Source: an uncultured bacterium (lineage in GTDB: Bacteria > Actinomycetota > Acidimicrobiia > Acidimicrobiales > VFJN01). From it: a stretch of DNA of 64,000 bases. The notes under the pieces were generated by a model. The model was not told the DNA's origin, searched no databases, and worked only from the letters and a program-made list of their open reading frames with translations. The stretch is from contig CAVWNW010000012.1 of the NCBI GenBank assembly GCA_963756425.1, forward strand, positions 160,783-224,782, given 5' to 3'. Numbering within the stretch: position 1 is the first letter of the stretch; every line of letters starts with the position of its first letter. Positions 1-9,864 of this stretch are shown here, piece by piece. The translations under genes were made by a program, and so were the position numbers.

Positions 1-1313
<1,313 letters not shown>

Positions 1314-1340
1314 TTAGCACTCGATTGATGTGAGTGCTAA
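1314..1340. promoter_or_regulatory. CIRCE operator (HrcA binding site), perfect match
   Basis: TTAGCACTC-gattgatgt-GAGTGCTAA matches the CIRCE consensus TTAGCACTC-N9-GAGTGCTAA exactly. It sits 28 bp upstream of the groEL start. Confidence 0.9.
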
Positions 1341-1358
1341 CCAGTCAAGCACCTCGGA

Positions 1359-1385
1359 TCAGCACTCGCAACACGTGAGTGCTAA
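1359..1385. promoter_or_regulatory. Second CIRCE operator (one mismatch)
   Basis: TCAGCACTC-gcaacacgt-GAGTGCTAA, 45 bp from the first CIRCE. Confidence 0.85.
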
Positions 1386-1408
1386 CCGGAAGCCGGGGTG
1401 CCAGGGGC

Positions 1409-1684
1409 TCAGCCGCCGGCGACCGCAGGGATGATCGACACCTCGGAACCGTCGGGGACGGGCGTGTCGAGGCCCTCCAGGAACCTGATGTCGTCGTCGG
1501 CGACGAACACATTGACGAAGCGCCGCAGGTTGCCGTCGTCGTCGAGCAGCCGGTCGGCGAAGCCCGGGTGGGCTTGGTCGAGGCTGCTGAGCACGTCGCG
1601 CACGTTGGATCCCTCCAGCGACACCTCGGACTTGCCCGCCGTGAGGGTGCGCAGCGTGGTCGGGATGCGGACGGAGACGCTCAT
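1409..1684 (-). CDS. MoaD/ThiS/CysO-family sulfur-carrier protein (ubiquitin-like, C-terminal GG)
   Basis: 91 aa, ending ...SEVSIIPAVAGG. The size and the beta-grasp-type sequence MSVSVRIPTTLRTLTAGKSEVSLEG are typical of the family. Confidence 0.8.
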   Translation of the reverse strand: MSVSVRIPTTLRTLTAGKSEVSLEGSNVRDVLSSLDQAHPGFADRLLDDDGNLRRFVNVFVADDDIRFLEGLDTPVPDGSEVSIIPAVAGG

Positions 1685-1832
1685 GCAGTGGTCCTTCGTG
1701 ATCCGAGGGCCGGGCGATCGTAGTCAACCGCCCCGGAACGGGCGGCATTCCGACGTGAGCGGGGGCTGCGAGGGCCCGATGCCCGGAACCGGCGTCCCGA
1801 ACCGCCGGTATCCGGCACATCCGGACGCCGCG

Positions 1833-2831
1833 TCACCGCCGGGCGGCGAGGACGTCCCCGGCGACGGCCTCGATGCACGCGACCGTTTCGGCGTGGGCGC
1901 GCTCCCGGCCGAACCGTTCCACCAGCGACACGATCTCGAAGTCCTTGCCGGGCGGCTCGAGGTCCTCGACGACCTCGCCGACGATGGCCACGCACGGGAC
2001 GCCTAGCGGCGCCGCCAGGCCGACAACGCCGCCGACCACCTTGCCCTCGAACGACTGCTGGTCGAGGAACCCCTCGGCCGTGATGACCAGGTCGGAGCCC
2101 TCGAGCGCGTCGTGGAGGTCGACCTCGTCGGCAACCGCGTCGAACCCCGGCACCAGCGACGCACCGGCGACGGCCATGCCGCCCGCAAGGCCGCCGGCCG
2201 CCCCGGCGCCGGTGAGGTCGCGCACGTCGACCCCGTAGTCGGAGAGGTAGACGTCCGCTAGGCGGTCCAGGCGCCGCCGGAGCAGCTCCACCTGGGCTGG
2301 CGAGGCCCCCTTCTGCGGGGCGAACACCTCGGCGGCGTCGACGAAGCGCGTACGGACGTCGCACAGCGCCACCAGCTCGAGCCCACCCAGCCGGTGCAGC
2401 GGGTACAGCGCCCGCAGCGCCCCTAGCCCCCCGTCCGTGGTAGCGGACCCGCCCAGGCCGAGCAACACCCGGCGGGCCCCGCTGTCGACGGCGACGCCGA
2501 TCAGCTCGCCGGTCCCCACCGTCGAGGCAGCGACCGGATCGTTGACGTCGGGGCCACCGACCAGCGCGAGCCCCGACGCGCGCGCCATCTCGATCACCGC
2601 CGTGCCCCGGTCGAGCCGCCAGTCGGCCTGGACCGGGTCCCCCAGGGGCCCGGTCACCGACGTGCTCCGGTTGGGGCCGCCCAGGACCTCGAGCGTGCCC
2701 TCGCCGCCGTCCGCCAGCGGCATCTCGTCGCACTCCCATCCGGCGGCCGCCGCAGCGCGCCCCAAGGCCGCCGCCACGTCACGGGCGCTCGCGGTCCCCC
2801 GGAGCTTGTCGGGGGCGGCCACGACGTGCAT
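1833..2831 (-). CDS. Glycerate kinase
   Basis: MHVVAAPDKLRGTASARDVAAALGRAA...MPLADGGEGTLEVLGG...VITAEGFLDQQSFEGKVVGGV matches the glycerate kinase family pattern. The start was chosen at the internal Met of ORF 1833..2912. Confidence 0.85.
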   Translation of the reverse strand: MHVVAAPDKLRGTASARDVAAALGRAAAAAGWECDEMPLADGGEGTLEVLGGPNRSTSVTGPLGDPVQADWRLDRGTAVIEMARASGLALVGGPDVNDPVAASTVGTGELIGVAVDSGARRVLLGLGGSATTDGGLGALRALYPLHRLGGLELVALCDVRTRFVDAAEVFAPQKGASPAQVELLRRRLDRLADVYLSDYGVDVRDLTGAGAAGGLAGGMAVAGASLVPGFDAVADEVDLHDALEGSDLVITAEGFLDQQSFEGKVVGGVVGLAAPLGVPCVAIVGEVVEDLEPPGKDFEIVSLVERFGRERAHAETVACIEAVAGDVLAARR

Positions 2832-2914
2832 GACAGGACAGTGTGGACCAAAAGGCCAAGCGCATCGCCCTCCAATCGGTCGTGCGGGCCGGCCACCTGT
2901 AGCCTCGGCCAACC

Positions 2915-4292
2915 GTGGATCGCCCCCTCGTCATCGTGTCCAACCGCGGCCCCCTGTCCTTCCGGCGCGACGAGCGCGGCGATCTGGTGGCGACCCGGGG
3001 GGCTGGGGGGCTCGTCTCGGGACTCCGGCCGGTCGTGGCCGACACCGGCGCGACCTGGATCGCCGCCGCAATGTCCGACGGCGATCGCGAGGCGGCAGCC
3101 CAGGGGCTGATCGACGCCGAAGGCTTCCGCGTCGACCTGGTGGCCGTCGACCGCGAGGCGTTCAGGCTGGCCAACGACGTGGTGAGCACCGAGATCCTGT
3201 GGTTCGTGCACCACGGGCTCTACGACCTGCCCCGGGCGCCGGCGTTCGGGCGCGACCTGCGGGACGCCTGGCTGGCGTATCGCCACGTCAACGAGGCCTT
3301 CGCCGACGCCGTTGCCGAGCATGCGCCCGAAGGGCGCGGCCGTCCTCGTGCAGGACTACCACCTGAGCCTGCTGGGCGTGGCCCTGGCCGAGCGCAGGCC
3401 CGACGTGGCCGCCGTCCACTTCAGCCACACCCCCTTCGCCACGCCGACCTGGCTGGGGGTCCTCCCCAGCCACGTCCGCGGGGAGGTCCTGTCGAGCCTG
3501 GCCGCCCACCGAGCCTGCGGGTTCCACACGCGCCGTTGGGCGGACGACTTCCTGGCGTGCTGCCGCATCAACCTCGCGCTGACCCCGGCGACGTTCGTCT
3601 CGCCGCTGCCTGCCGACGCCGACGACCTGCGGCGCGTCGCCTCGTCGCCGGCGGCCGAGGCGGCCCTCACCGAGATCGAGGAGCAGGTCGGCGACAGGAC
3701 CGTCATCGCTCGCGTCGACCGCATCGAGCTGTCCAAGAACCTGCTGCGCGGGTTCCAGGCGTACGACGACCTGCTCGAAAATCGGCCGGAATGGCGCGAG
3801 CAGGTGGTGTTCCTGGCGTCGTGCTACCCGTCGCGCAGCGGCGTGCCCGCGTACGTCGAATACCAGCGCGAGGTCGAGGCCCTGGTGGACGTGATCAACG
3901 AGCGCTGGGCCACGCCCAACTGGACGCCGATCGTCTATGACACCACCGACGACTACCCGCGCTCGGTGGCGGTCCTGCGGCGTGCCGACGTGGTGCTGGT
4001 CAACCCCATCCGCGACGGGCTCAACCTCGTGGCCAAGGAGGCCGCGATCGTCAACGAGCGCGACGTGGTGGTGTGCCTGTCGACCGAGGCCGGCGTGTGG
4101 GACGAGCTCAGCGACGCCGTCGTGCAGGTGCAGCCGTTCGACGTGGCCGGGACGGCCGACGCCCTGGCGAAGGCTCTGCGCATGGACGACGTCGAGCGGC
4201 GCTCACGGGCGAAGCTGCTACGGCAGCTGGCCGTGGCGCGCCGGCCCGCCGACTGGCTGGCCGACCAGCTGGCGGCGGCGGGCGCACACTGA
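2915..4292 (+). pseudogene. otsA: Trehalose-6-phosphate synthase OtsA, reading frame interrupted by one extra base near 3332-3335
   Basis: The N-terminal part (frame of 2915) reads MDRPLVIVSNRGPLSF...WLAYRHVNEAFADAVAEHAPEG. The C-terminal part (frame of 3312) reads AAVLVQDYHLSLLGVALAERRPDVAAVHFSHTPF...VLVNPIRDGLNLVAKE. The two pieces join cleanly if c3335 (or one G of the ggg run) is removed. Confidence 0.8.
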
Positions 4293-4307
4293 GAAGCGCG
4301 CGGGCGG

Positions 4308-5126
4308 TCAGGCGCCGGCGGTGGCGGCTGGCGCGTCCGACGCCAGCTGGCGCAACAGGTCGAGGACGGCGTACGGCCCGTCCACGATCAGGTCGGCCCG
4401 TTCGATCAGGTCACTGGGGGCCTCGGCGCTGGCCACCGCCACCCTGAGGACCGCCACGCCCCGCGCCTCCAGCCGATCGAGGGTGTCGAAAGCCGGCAGG
4501 TCACCCCGGTCGTCGCCGACGAAGCACACCGCCTCGTCGCCGGTGACCAGGGCCTGGACGGCCGTGCCCTTGTCGATGGCGACCGGTGGGTGCAGCTCGA
4601 ACGACATGCGTGCGCGGCGCATCACGAGTCCCGACCTCTCGGCCTCGGCCGACGTCCACTCGCGCACGGCGGGCCCGAGCCCCGGATGCTCCCGGTAGTG
4701 GAGCGTCAGCGACAACCCCTTGGGTTCGATCGCCATGCCCACCGGTCCGCTCTCCTTGGCCCGGCGCGCGGCTTTCGCGACCGCGTCACGCCAGCTGGAG
4801 GCGCCCGCGTGGTCGGAACGCACGCCGTCGCGAACCGTCTCGAGGCCGTAGACCCCGGAGATGACCACGCCCGGTGGCAGCAGCGGCTCGAGGAACGAGG
4901 CCGGACGCCCGGACACCACCGCCACGACCGCGAACCGGTCCGCCAGCGCCTCGAGGACCTCGTAGGCACCGGGCAGCGGCCGGGCCTCCGCGGGGACATC
5001 GACGATCGGGGACAACGTGCCATCGAAGTCGAGCAGCAAGGCCGCCCGGGCCGGCCGCTCGATGAACGGCGCCAGCAGGTCGCTCATGGGAAGGTCGGTT
5101 CCGCCGGTCGCCCGCGGGCTCGACAT
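4308..5126 (-). CDS. otsB: Trehalose-6-phosphate phosphatase (HAD family)
   Basis: It carries the HAD motif I LLLDFDGTLSP, then VVSGRP, and GDDRGDLPAF near the C-terminus. It lies convergent with otsA. Confidence 0.85.
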   Translation of the reverse strand: MSSPRATGGTDLPMSDLLAPFIERPARAALLLDFDGTLSPIVDVPAEARPLPGAYEVLEALADRFAVVAVVSGRPASFLEPLLPPGVVISGVYGLETVRDGVRSDHAGASSWRDAVAKAARRAKESGPVGMAIEPKGLSLTLHYREHPGLGPAVREWTSAEAERSGLVMRRARMSFELHPPVAIDKGTAVQALVTGDEAVCFVGDDRGDLPAFDTLDRLEARGVAVLRVAVASAEAPSDLIERADLIVDGPYAVLDLLRQLASDAPAATAGA

Positions 5127-5171
5127 CCGCCGCCCGCGCGCTGCGCACGATCCCCGGGGTCGGCCGCCAGA

Positions 5172-5717
5172 TCAGCCTCCGGCGAGATCGGTGCCGAGCA
5201 TCACCACCAGCTGGGCCCCGCCAGGATCGGCCGGGGGTTGGGCGGGGATGGCGGCCACGCCGTCGGCGGGGGCACCGAGTGCCTCGGCCAGGGCCCCGGC
5301 CTCGCCCTCGAATCCGTCGACGAACAGCACCTGCGTGGCGTCGAGCTGCTGGCCCTCGGGCCCGTTCGTCGCCTCGACGGTCTGGTACCCGGCGGCCGCC
5401 AGCTGTTCGGTCTTCGCGCCGGCCGCGCCGCTCACGCCGGAGACGTTGGCGACGCGTACAACGATCTCTGCGGGCTGGCGCAGTGGTGCGGTGGTCGTCG
5501 TGTCGCCACCGTCCTCCGCCGCCGTCGTGTCGGTTGCCTCCCCGTTGGCGGCCGTCGTGTCGGTGGTGGCGGTCGCGATGTCGTCGGAGGACGAGCTGTC
5601 ATCGATTGCCCGCAACAGGAACAACCCGAGCACCACGGCCGCCGCCAGGAGCACGATCCCGCGGGCCGGGTTCGACCGGGTGGACGGTCCTTCCGTCGGT
5701 GGTCGCTCGGTCTGCAT
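5172..5717 (-). CDS. Membrane-anchored LytR_C-domain protein
   Basis: An N-terminal TM helix (IVLLAAAVVLGLFLL) is followed by a Thr/Asp-rich linker. The C-terminal pattern VRVANVSGVSGAAGAKTEQLAAAGYQ...VVMLGTDLAG is typical of LytR C-terminal domains. Confidence 0.6.
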   Translation of the reverse strand: MQTERPPTEGPSTRSNPARGIVLLAAAVVLGLFLLRAIDDSSSSDDIATATTDTTAANGEATDTTAAEDGGDTTTTAPLRQPAEIVVRVANVSGVSGAAGAKTEQLAAAGYQTVEATNGPEGQQLDATQVLFVDGFEGEAGALAEALGAPADGVAAIPAQPPADPGGAQLVVMLGTDLAGG

Positions 5718-5727
5718 GCGGGGCCTC

Positions 5728-6012
5728 CTATCGCCCGTGCCCGACGCCGATGCGGCCCACGAAGCGGGCCCGGCGGCGCTGGAGCCGCATCCGGCGCAGC
5801 CGGCGGACGACCAGGGGGTCGTACGCCAGGGCGTCGGGATCGTCGAGCAAGGCGTTCAGCAGTCGGTAGTAGCGGGTCGGCGAGAGGTGCAGCTGCTCGC
5901 GAATGCCGGCGCTCTTCGGCGCCGGGAGCATCCACCAGCACCTCTCGAAGTCGACGATCGCCCGGTCGCGGTCGGATAAGGACACTCGGACAAGGCTGGC
6001 GTGGCCACCCAT
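5728..6012 (-). CDS. DUF3263-type small protein
   Basis: LSDRDRAIVDFERCWW...KSAGIREQLHLSPTRYYRLLNALLDDPDALAYDPLVVRRLRR matches my recollection of this actinobacterial family. The long upstream ORF extension is rejected. Confidence 0.6.
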   Translation of the reverse strand: MGGHASLVRVSLSDRDRAIVDFERCWWMLPAPKSAGIREQLHLSPTRYYRLLNALLDDPDALAYDPLVVRRLRRMRLQRRRARFVGRIGVGHGR

Positions 6013-6069
6013 CCAATGCAAGCACCCTCCGTGGGTGGCGGAAGAGGTCGGCGATATGGTCGCGCCGCC

Positions 6070-6142
6070 GCCCGAGTAGCTCAGCCGGCAGAGCAGGCGC
6101 CTTGTAAGCGTCAGGCCGCGGGTTCGATTCCCGCCTCGGGCT
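6070..6142 (+). tRNA. tRNA-Thr (anticodon UGU)
   Basis: Manual cloverleaf: GCCCGAG-TA-GCTC-AGCCGGCA-GAGC-A-GGCGC-CTTGTAA-GCGTC-AGGCC-GCGGG-TTCGATT-CCCGC-CTCGGGC-T, 73 nt. Confidence 0.9.
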
Positions 6143-6161
6143 CGGAGGAGCGCTCGGGTGA

Positions 6162-7091
6162 TCAGCGCCGCCGGGCGATCTCGAAGCATGCGAGCGCGGC
6201 CGCCGCCGACACGTTTAGGGATCCCAGGCGGCCGTGCATGGGGATGGCCACCAGCTCGTCGCAGCGCTCGCGGACCAGGCGCGACAGCCCCTTGCCCTCC
6301 GCGCCCAGCACGACGCAGACGGGGCCGTCGGCACCCGCCAGGTCGTAGATCGACGCCGCCGCCTGTCCGTCGAGGCCGACCACGTGCACGCCGGCGTCGC
6401 GCATGCGCGCCAGCGCCGCCGGCAGGCCCCCGACCACGGCGATGGGCAGGTGCTCCACGGCTCCGGCGGCCGCCTTGGTCGCCGCCGGCGTGACGTGGAC
6501 GGCGCGATGGCGCGGCAGCACCACGCCCGTGACGCCCGCGCACTCGGCGGAGCGCAGGATCGCACCGAGGTTTCCGGGATCGGTGACGCCGTCCAGCCCA
6601 ACGAGGAACGGCGCCACCACCCCGCCGTCCCCGCTGCCGCGCGGGGCGGCGTCGTGGGCGCGGGGCCCTCCAGCGACCAGGTCGTCGAAGTCGGCCTCGG
6701 GCAGCGGTGCCGCGAGGGCGAGCACCCCCTGGGGTGCCTCGCTCCGCGCCTGGGCGGCGAAGCGTCCCCGTCCGACGACGTTCAGGGGCACCCGGTTGGA
6801 CTCGGCGAGCTCGCGGATGTCGCGCAGGATCGGCGCGTCGCCCCCAGCGCTCTCCATCCACACCTCCCTGACCCGGCGGGTGCCCGCCAGCAGGAGCTCG
6901 CGGACCGCCTGGCGGCCCTCGACCTGGTCGCCCCCCAGTCCCCGACCGGACGAGCCGGCGTGACCCCGCCGACCCGCCGGACCCGACGGGCCCCGGGCTC
7001 GGCCCGTCGACCTGGCCGCCGGTGGTGCACCACGTCCGGGACGCCCCGACGTCCCGCTGCGCGAGCCCGGACGGCCACGGCGCGGGGTCAC
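6162..7091 (-). CDS. rlmB: 23S rRNA (guanosine-2'-O)-methyltransferase RlmB (SpoU/TrmH family)
   Basis: VEGRQAVRELLLAG...LDGVTDPGNLGAILRSAECAG...VLGAEGKGLSRLVRERCDELVAIPMHGRLGSLNVSAAAALACFE. It has an Arg/Gly-rich N-terminus. The proposed GTG start overlaps the ispF stop (GTGA). Confidence 0.85.
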   Translation of the reverse strand: MTPRRGRPGSRSGTSGRPGRGAPPAARSTGRARGPSGPAGRRGHAGSSGRGLGGDQVEGRQAVRELLLAGTRRVREVWMESAGGDAPILRDIRELAESNRVPLNVVGRGRFAAQARSEAPQGVLALAAPLPEADFDDLVAGGPRAHDAAPRGSGDGGVVAPFLVGLDGVTDPGNLGAILRSAECAGVTGVVLPRHRAVHVTPAATKAAAGAVEHLPIAVVGGLPAALARMRDAGVHVVGLDGQAAASIYDLAGADGPVCVVLGAEGKGLSRLVRERCDELVAIPMHGRLGSLNVSAAAALACFEIARRR

Positions 7092-7603
7092 GCCGATTCC
7101 CCGCCGACCGGTGCACCGCGGGCGACCAGCGCCACCGCGAAGCAGGCGATCCCCTCGGCCCGTCCCAGGGCTCCGAGACCCTCGGCCCGCTTGCCCTTGA
7201 CCGTGACGGGCGCGCCCACAGCGTCGCCGAGCCGGGCCTCCATGTCCGCCCGCTGCGGGGCCACCTTGGGTTCCTCCAGGACCACGGTGCAGTCGACGTT
7301 CTGCGGGTACCAGCCGGCCTCGCGCAGCGCCGCCACCGCCCGCCGCAGGAGTCCGACGGAGTCCGCACCGGCCCAGGCGGGCTCGCTGTCCGGGAAGTGC
7401 TGGCCGATGTCGCCCAGCCCGGCGGCCCCGAGCAAGGCGTCCGTGACGGCGTGGGCGATCACGTCCCCGTCGCTGTGCCCGGCGAGGCCCGGCAGCCCGG
7501 CGAACGCCACGCCGCCGAGGACCAGCGGGCGGTCGGCGTCGCCCGAGAACGGATGCACGTCGAAGCCCTGTCCGATCCGGATCGTGGGCGTGGTGGCGGT
7601 CAT
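7088..7603 (-). CDS. ispF: 2-C-methyl-D-erythritol 2,4-cyclodiphosphate synthase
   Basis: IRIGQGFDVHPF...GHSDGDVIAHAVTDALLGAAGLGDIGQHFP. Confidence 0.95.
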   Translation of the reverse strand: MTATTPTIRIGQGFDVHPFSGDADRPLVLGGVAFAGLPGLAGHSDGDVIAHAVTDALLGAAGLGDIGQHFPDSEPAWAGADSVGLLRRAVAALREAGWYPQNVDCTVVLEEPKVAPQRADMEARLGDAVGAPVTVKGKRAEGLGALGRAEGIACFAVALVARGAPVGGESA

Positions 7604-8247
7604 GACGTCTCGCCGAACCGGAGCAACGCCTCCGCGATCGCGAGATCGACCGGCCGGGTGATCTTGAGGTTGGCCGGAGAGCCCTCCACGACGACCACCT
7701 TGCCACCCGCGGCCTCGACCAGGGACGCATCGTCGGTCGCCTCGGGCTCGGCGGCATGGGCCCGGCGCAGCGCCGATGCCCGGAACGCCTGGGGTGTCTG
7801 CACCGCCACCAGTCCGTTGCGGTCGACCGCCGCGCCGGACCGGTGCCGGAGCGTGTCTGTGACGTCGACCGCGGGTACGGCCGCATCGGCGCCGTCGCGC
7901 ACCGCCCCCACGACTCGGGCGAACAGCTCCGCGCCCGCTAGGGGGCGAGCACCATCGTGGACCACGATGACCTCGGCGTCGCTCGGCACCGCCGCCAAGC
8001 CGGCCCGGACCGAGCGCGACCGGGTGGCGCCGCCGCCGACGACCGTGTCGGCGCCGGATGCGGGCTCGGCCGCCCGCTCGGGCGGCACCACGACCACGAT
8101 GCCGCCGCCGGGGCCGCCGGCCGCGGCGCGGGCGGCGCCAACCGACCAGTCGAGCACCGGGCGTCCGGCGAGCTCCTCGTACTGCTTGGGCCGTCCGAAC
8201 CGGCTGCCCGATCCGGCCGCCACGACGATCACCCACACCGACTGCAT
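7600..8247 (-). CDS. ispD: 2-C-methyl-D-erythritol 4-phosphate cytidylyltransferase
   Basis: VIVVAAGSGSRFG...KQY...VVHDGARP...VQTPQAF. It overlaps ispF by 4 nt. Confidence 0.9.
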   Translation of the reverse strand: MQSVWVIVVAAGSGSRFGRPKQYEELAGRPVLDWSVGAARAAAGGPGGGIVVVVPPERAAEPASGADTVVGGGATRSRSVRAGLAAVPSDAEVIVVHDGARPLAGAELFARVVGAVRDGADAAVPAVDVTDTLRHRSGAAVDRNGLVAVQTPQAFRASALRRAHAAEPEATDDASLVEAAGGKVVVVEGSPANLKITRPVDLAIAEALLRFGETS

Positions 8248-8375
8248 GTCCGGCCGGAGGCTACCGGTCGCAGACTGGGCTTGAGGGGGGTGAAAGTGTT
8301 ACGGATGCAACGAAACATCCGGAACGTCCCCGTATGTGCGGACGCTCGGCCGGCTCGTCGTTATCGTTCCCCGTG

Positions 8376-9035
8376 ATGAGCGCCACCGATCTGCTCGCCG
8401 ACGTGGACCTGTTCGCCGACCTGACGCCGGGCGAGCTTCTCCAGCTCGCCGACGCCAGCACCACGGAGGACCTGCGCCGGGGCGACGTCGTGTTCCACGA
8501 GGACGACGCACCCGACAAGATGTACGTCGTCGTGAGCGGCCGGATCGCCATCGCCAAGCGCTCGATCGACGGGCGGGAGGCGGTGGTCGCACTCATGGAG
8601 CCGGGCGATCTCTTTGGCGACATGGGCTTCTTCGAGGGGCTGGGCCGATCGGCGGAGGCACGGGCCCTGGAGCCGTCCCAGCTCCTGGCCATCGGATTCG
8701 ACCCCATTCGGCAGGTGTACGAGCAGCGGCCAGAGCTCCTCTGGGGCGTGGTTGCCCTGCTTGCGGGGCGGATACGCACGATGGACGTGGCGCTCGCCGA
8801 CTCGGTGTTCCTCGACGTCACGGGCCGCACCGCCAAGCGGTTGGTCGAGATGGCCGCCGGGTACGACGAGTTCACGCTGCCGGTGACGCAGGAGGAGCTG
8901 GCCGCCATGGTCGGTGCCTCGCGGGAACGTGTGAACAAGGCGATCGCCAGCTTCGTGCGCCTCGGCTGGATCGAGCAGTCGGAGCGCCGCTATCGCATCA
9001 CGGACCGCGAGCAGCTCGAGCGCCGGGCGCGGTAG
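8376..9035 (+). CDS. crp: Crp/Fnr-family cAMP-receptor-type transcription regulator
   Basis: It has a cNMP-binding domain (LFADLTPGELLQLADAS...GDLFGDMGFFEG..RSAEARAL). The C-terminal HTH reads TQEELAAMVGASRERVNKAIASF. The start was taken at ATG 8376 within ORF 8058..9035. Confidence 0.85.
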   Translation: MSATDLLADVDLFADLTPGELLQLADASTTEDLRRGDVVFHEDDAPDKMYVVVSGRIAIAKRSIDGREAVVALMEPGDLFGDMGFFEGLGRSAEARALEPSQLLAIGFDPIRQVYEQRPELLWGVVALLAGRIRTMDVALADSVFLDVTGRTAKRLVEMAAGYDEFTLPVTQEELAAMVGASRERVNKAIASFVRLGWIEQSERRYRITDREQLERRAR

Positions 9036-9174
9036 AGACCGAGCGAATACGCACGTCGTCGGGGTTCACCGTGGTCAGCGCTCTCGGAGGCCGAGCTGTG
9101 TGGCCTGGCTCAAGGTGCAGATCCCGTACGGTTCTGTGCGCACTTGCCGGCCTATCCGCTCGGCCTCTCAGCGG

Positions 9175-9837
9175 TCAGGTCGAGCCACCGAGGAACGCCG
9201 TCACCCGACGCCAGGCATCGGCGGCATCCTCCGGCCGATGCGCGGGCCGGGCGGGGTCGTGGACGAATCCGTGGTCGGCGCCCTCGTACCGCACGACCTC
9301 GACCCCCGCGGCCTCGAGCGCCTCGGCGTCGGCCGGGGGCACCCAGGGGTCCGCGGTGCCGACGATGGCCAGGGTGGGGCAACGCTCGGGCGAGGCCAGC
9401 GCGTCGAGCGGTTCGCCCTGCGACGGGCTACGCCACTGCTCCGGCACCCTCGCCATGCCGTAGAAGGCCGCCGCCCGGTCGAACCGTCCGGTGGCCGATG
9501 CCTTGAGCGTGTACATGCCGCCCATGCAGAAGCCGATGACCCCTACCGGGTCGCACCCGGTGGCGTCGGCGGCGGCCACGGCATCCCCGAGGATCCGTGC
9601 GTCATCCAGTGAGCCGACGGCGGCGAGGCGATCGGGCAGGGACAGCGACTCCCGGCCCGCCCACAGCTCGAACGCGCACACCGTCCAGCCCTGCTCCTTG
9701 GCGAGCCGCGCCACGAGGTCGTCGAACAACGGCCGCAGGCCCATGAGGTCTGGGAGCACCACCAGTCCCCGCGCCGGCTGCCGCCCATCGGGTCGGGCGA
9801 TCTCGGCCGGCGTGCCCGACGGCAGGCTGATCCGCAT
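9175..9837 (-). CDS. Dienelactone hydrolase-family alpha/beta hydrolase
   Basis: 220 aa. It has a nucleophile elbow GFCMGG and C-terminal GADHGF. Confidence 0.8.
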   Translation of the reverse strand: MRISLPSGTPAEIARPDGRQPARGLVVLPDLMGLRPLFDDLVARLAKEQGWTVCAFELWAGRESLSLPDRLAAVGSLDDARILGDAVAAADATGCDPVGVIGFCMGGMYTLKASATGRFDRAAAFYGMARVPEQWRSPSQGEPLDALASPERCPTLAIVGTADPWVPPADAEALEAAGVEVVRYEGADHGFVHDPARPAHRPEDAADAWRRVTAFLGGST

Positions 9838-9864
9838 GCCCGGGGTTCTACACGATCGCCCCGG

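Noticed and set aside
1685-1832. Riboswitch or leader upstream of the MoaD/CysO-like gene.
   Set aside because: The region is GC-rich and can form hairpins, but I could not match it to any riboswitch consensus I know (SAM classes, Moco). It would need a covariance-model search.
6070-6142. The tRNA-Thr genes (also 56093..56165) as integration sites for genomic islands.
   Set aside because: There is no integrase, no phage or IS genes, and no duplicated tRNA 3'-end sequence nearby. The flanking genes are housekeeping.
5728-7886. Long N-terminal extensions of the DUF3263, rlmB and ispF ORFs in the track (546, 574 and 382 aa).
   Set aside because: The recognisable domains occupy only the 3' parts. 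The extensions overlap the neighbouring upstream genes in other frames and are Arg/Pro/Gly-rich. Shorter starts with coupled overlaps (GTGA/ATGA) fit the operon structure.
8290-8303. Possible CRP/GlxR autoregulatory site GTGAAAGTGTTACG upstream of crp.
   Set aside because: Only the left half (GTGA) matches TGTGA-N6-TCACA. The right half (TACG) does not. This is too weak to call without a matrix scan.
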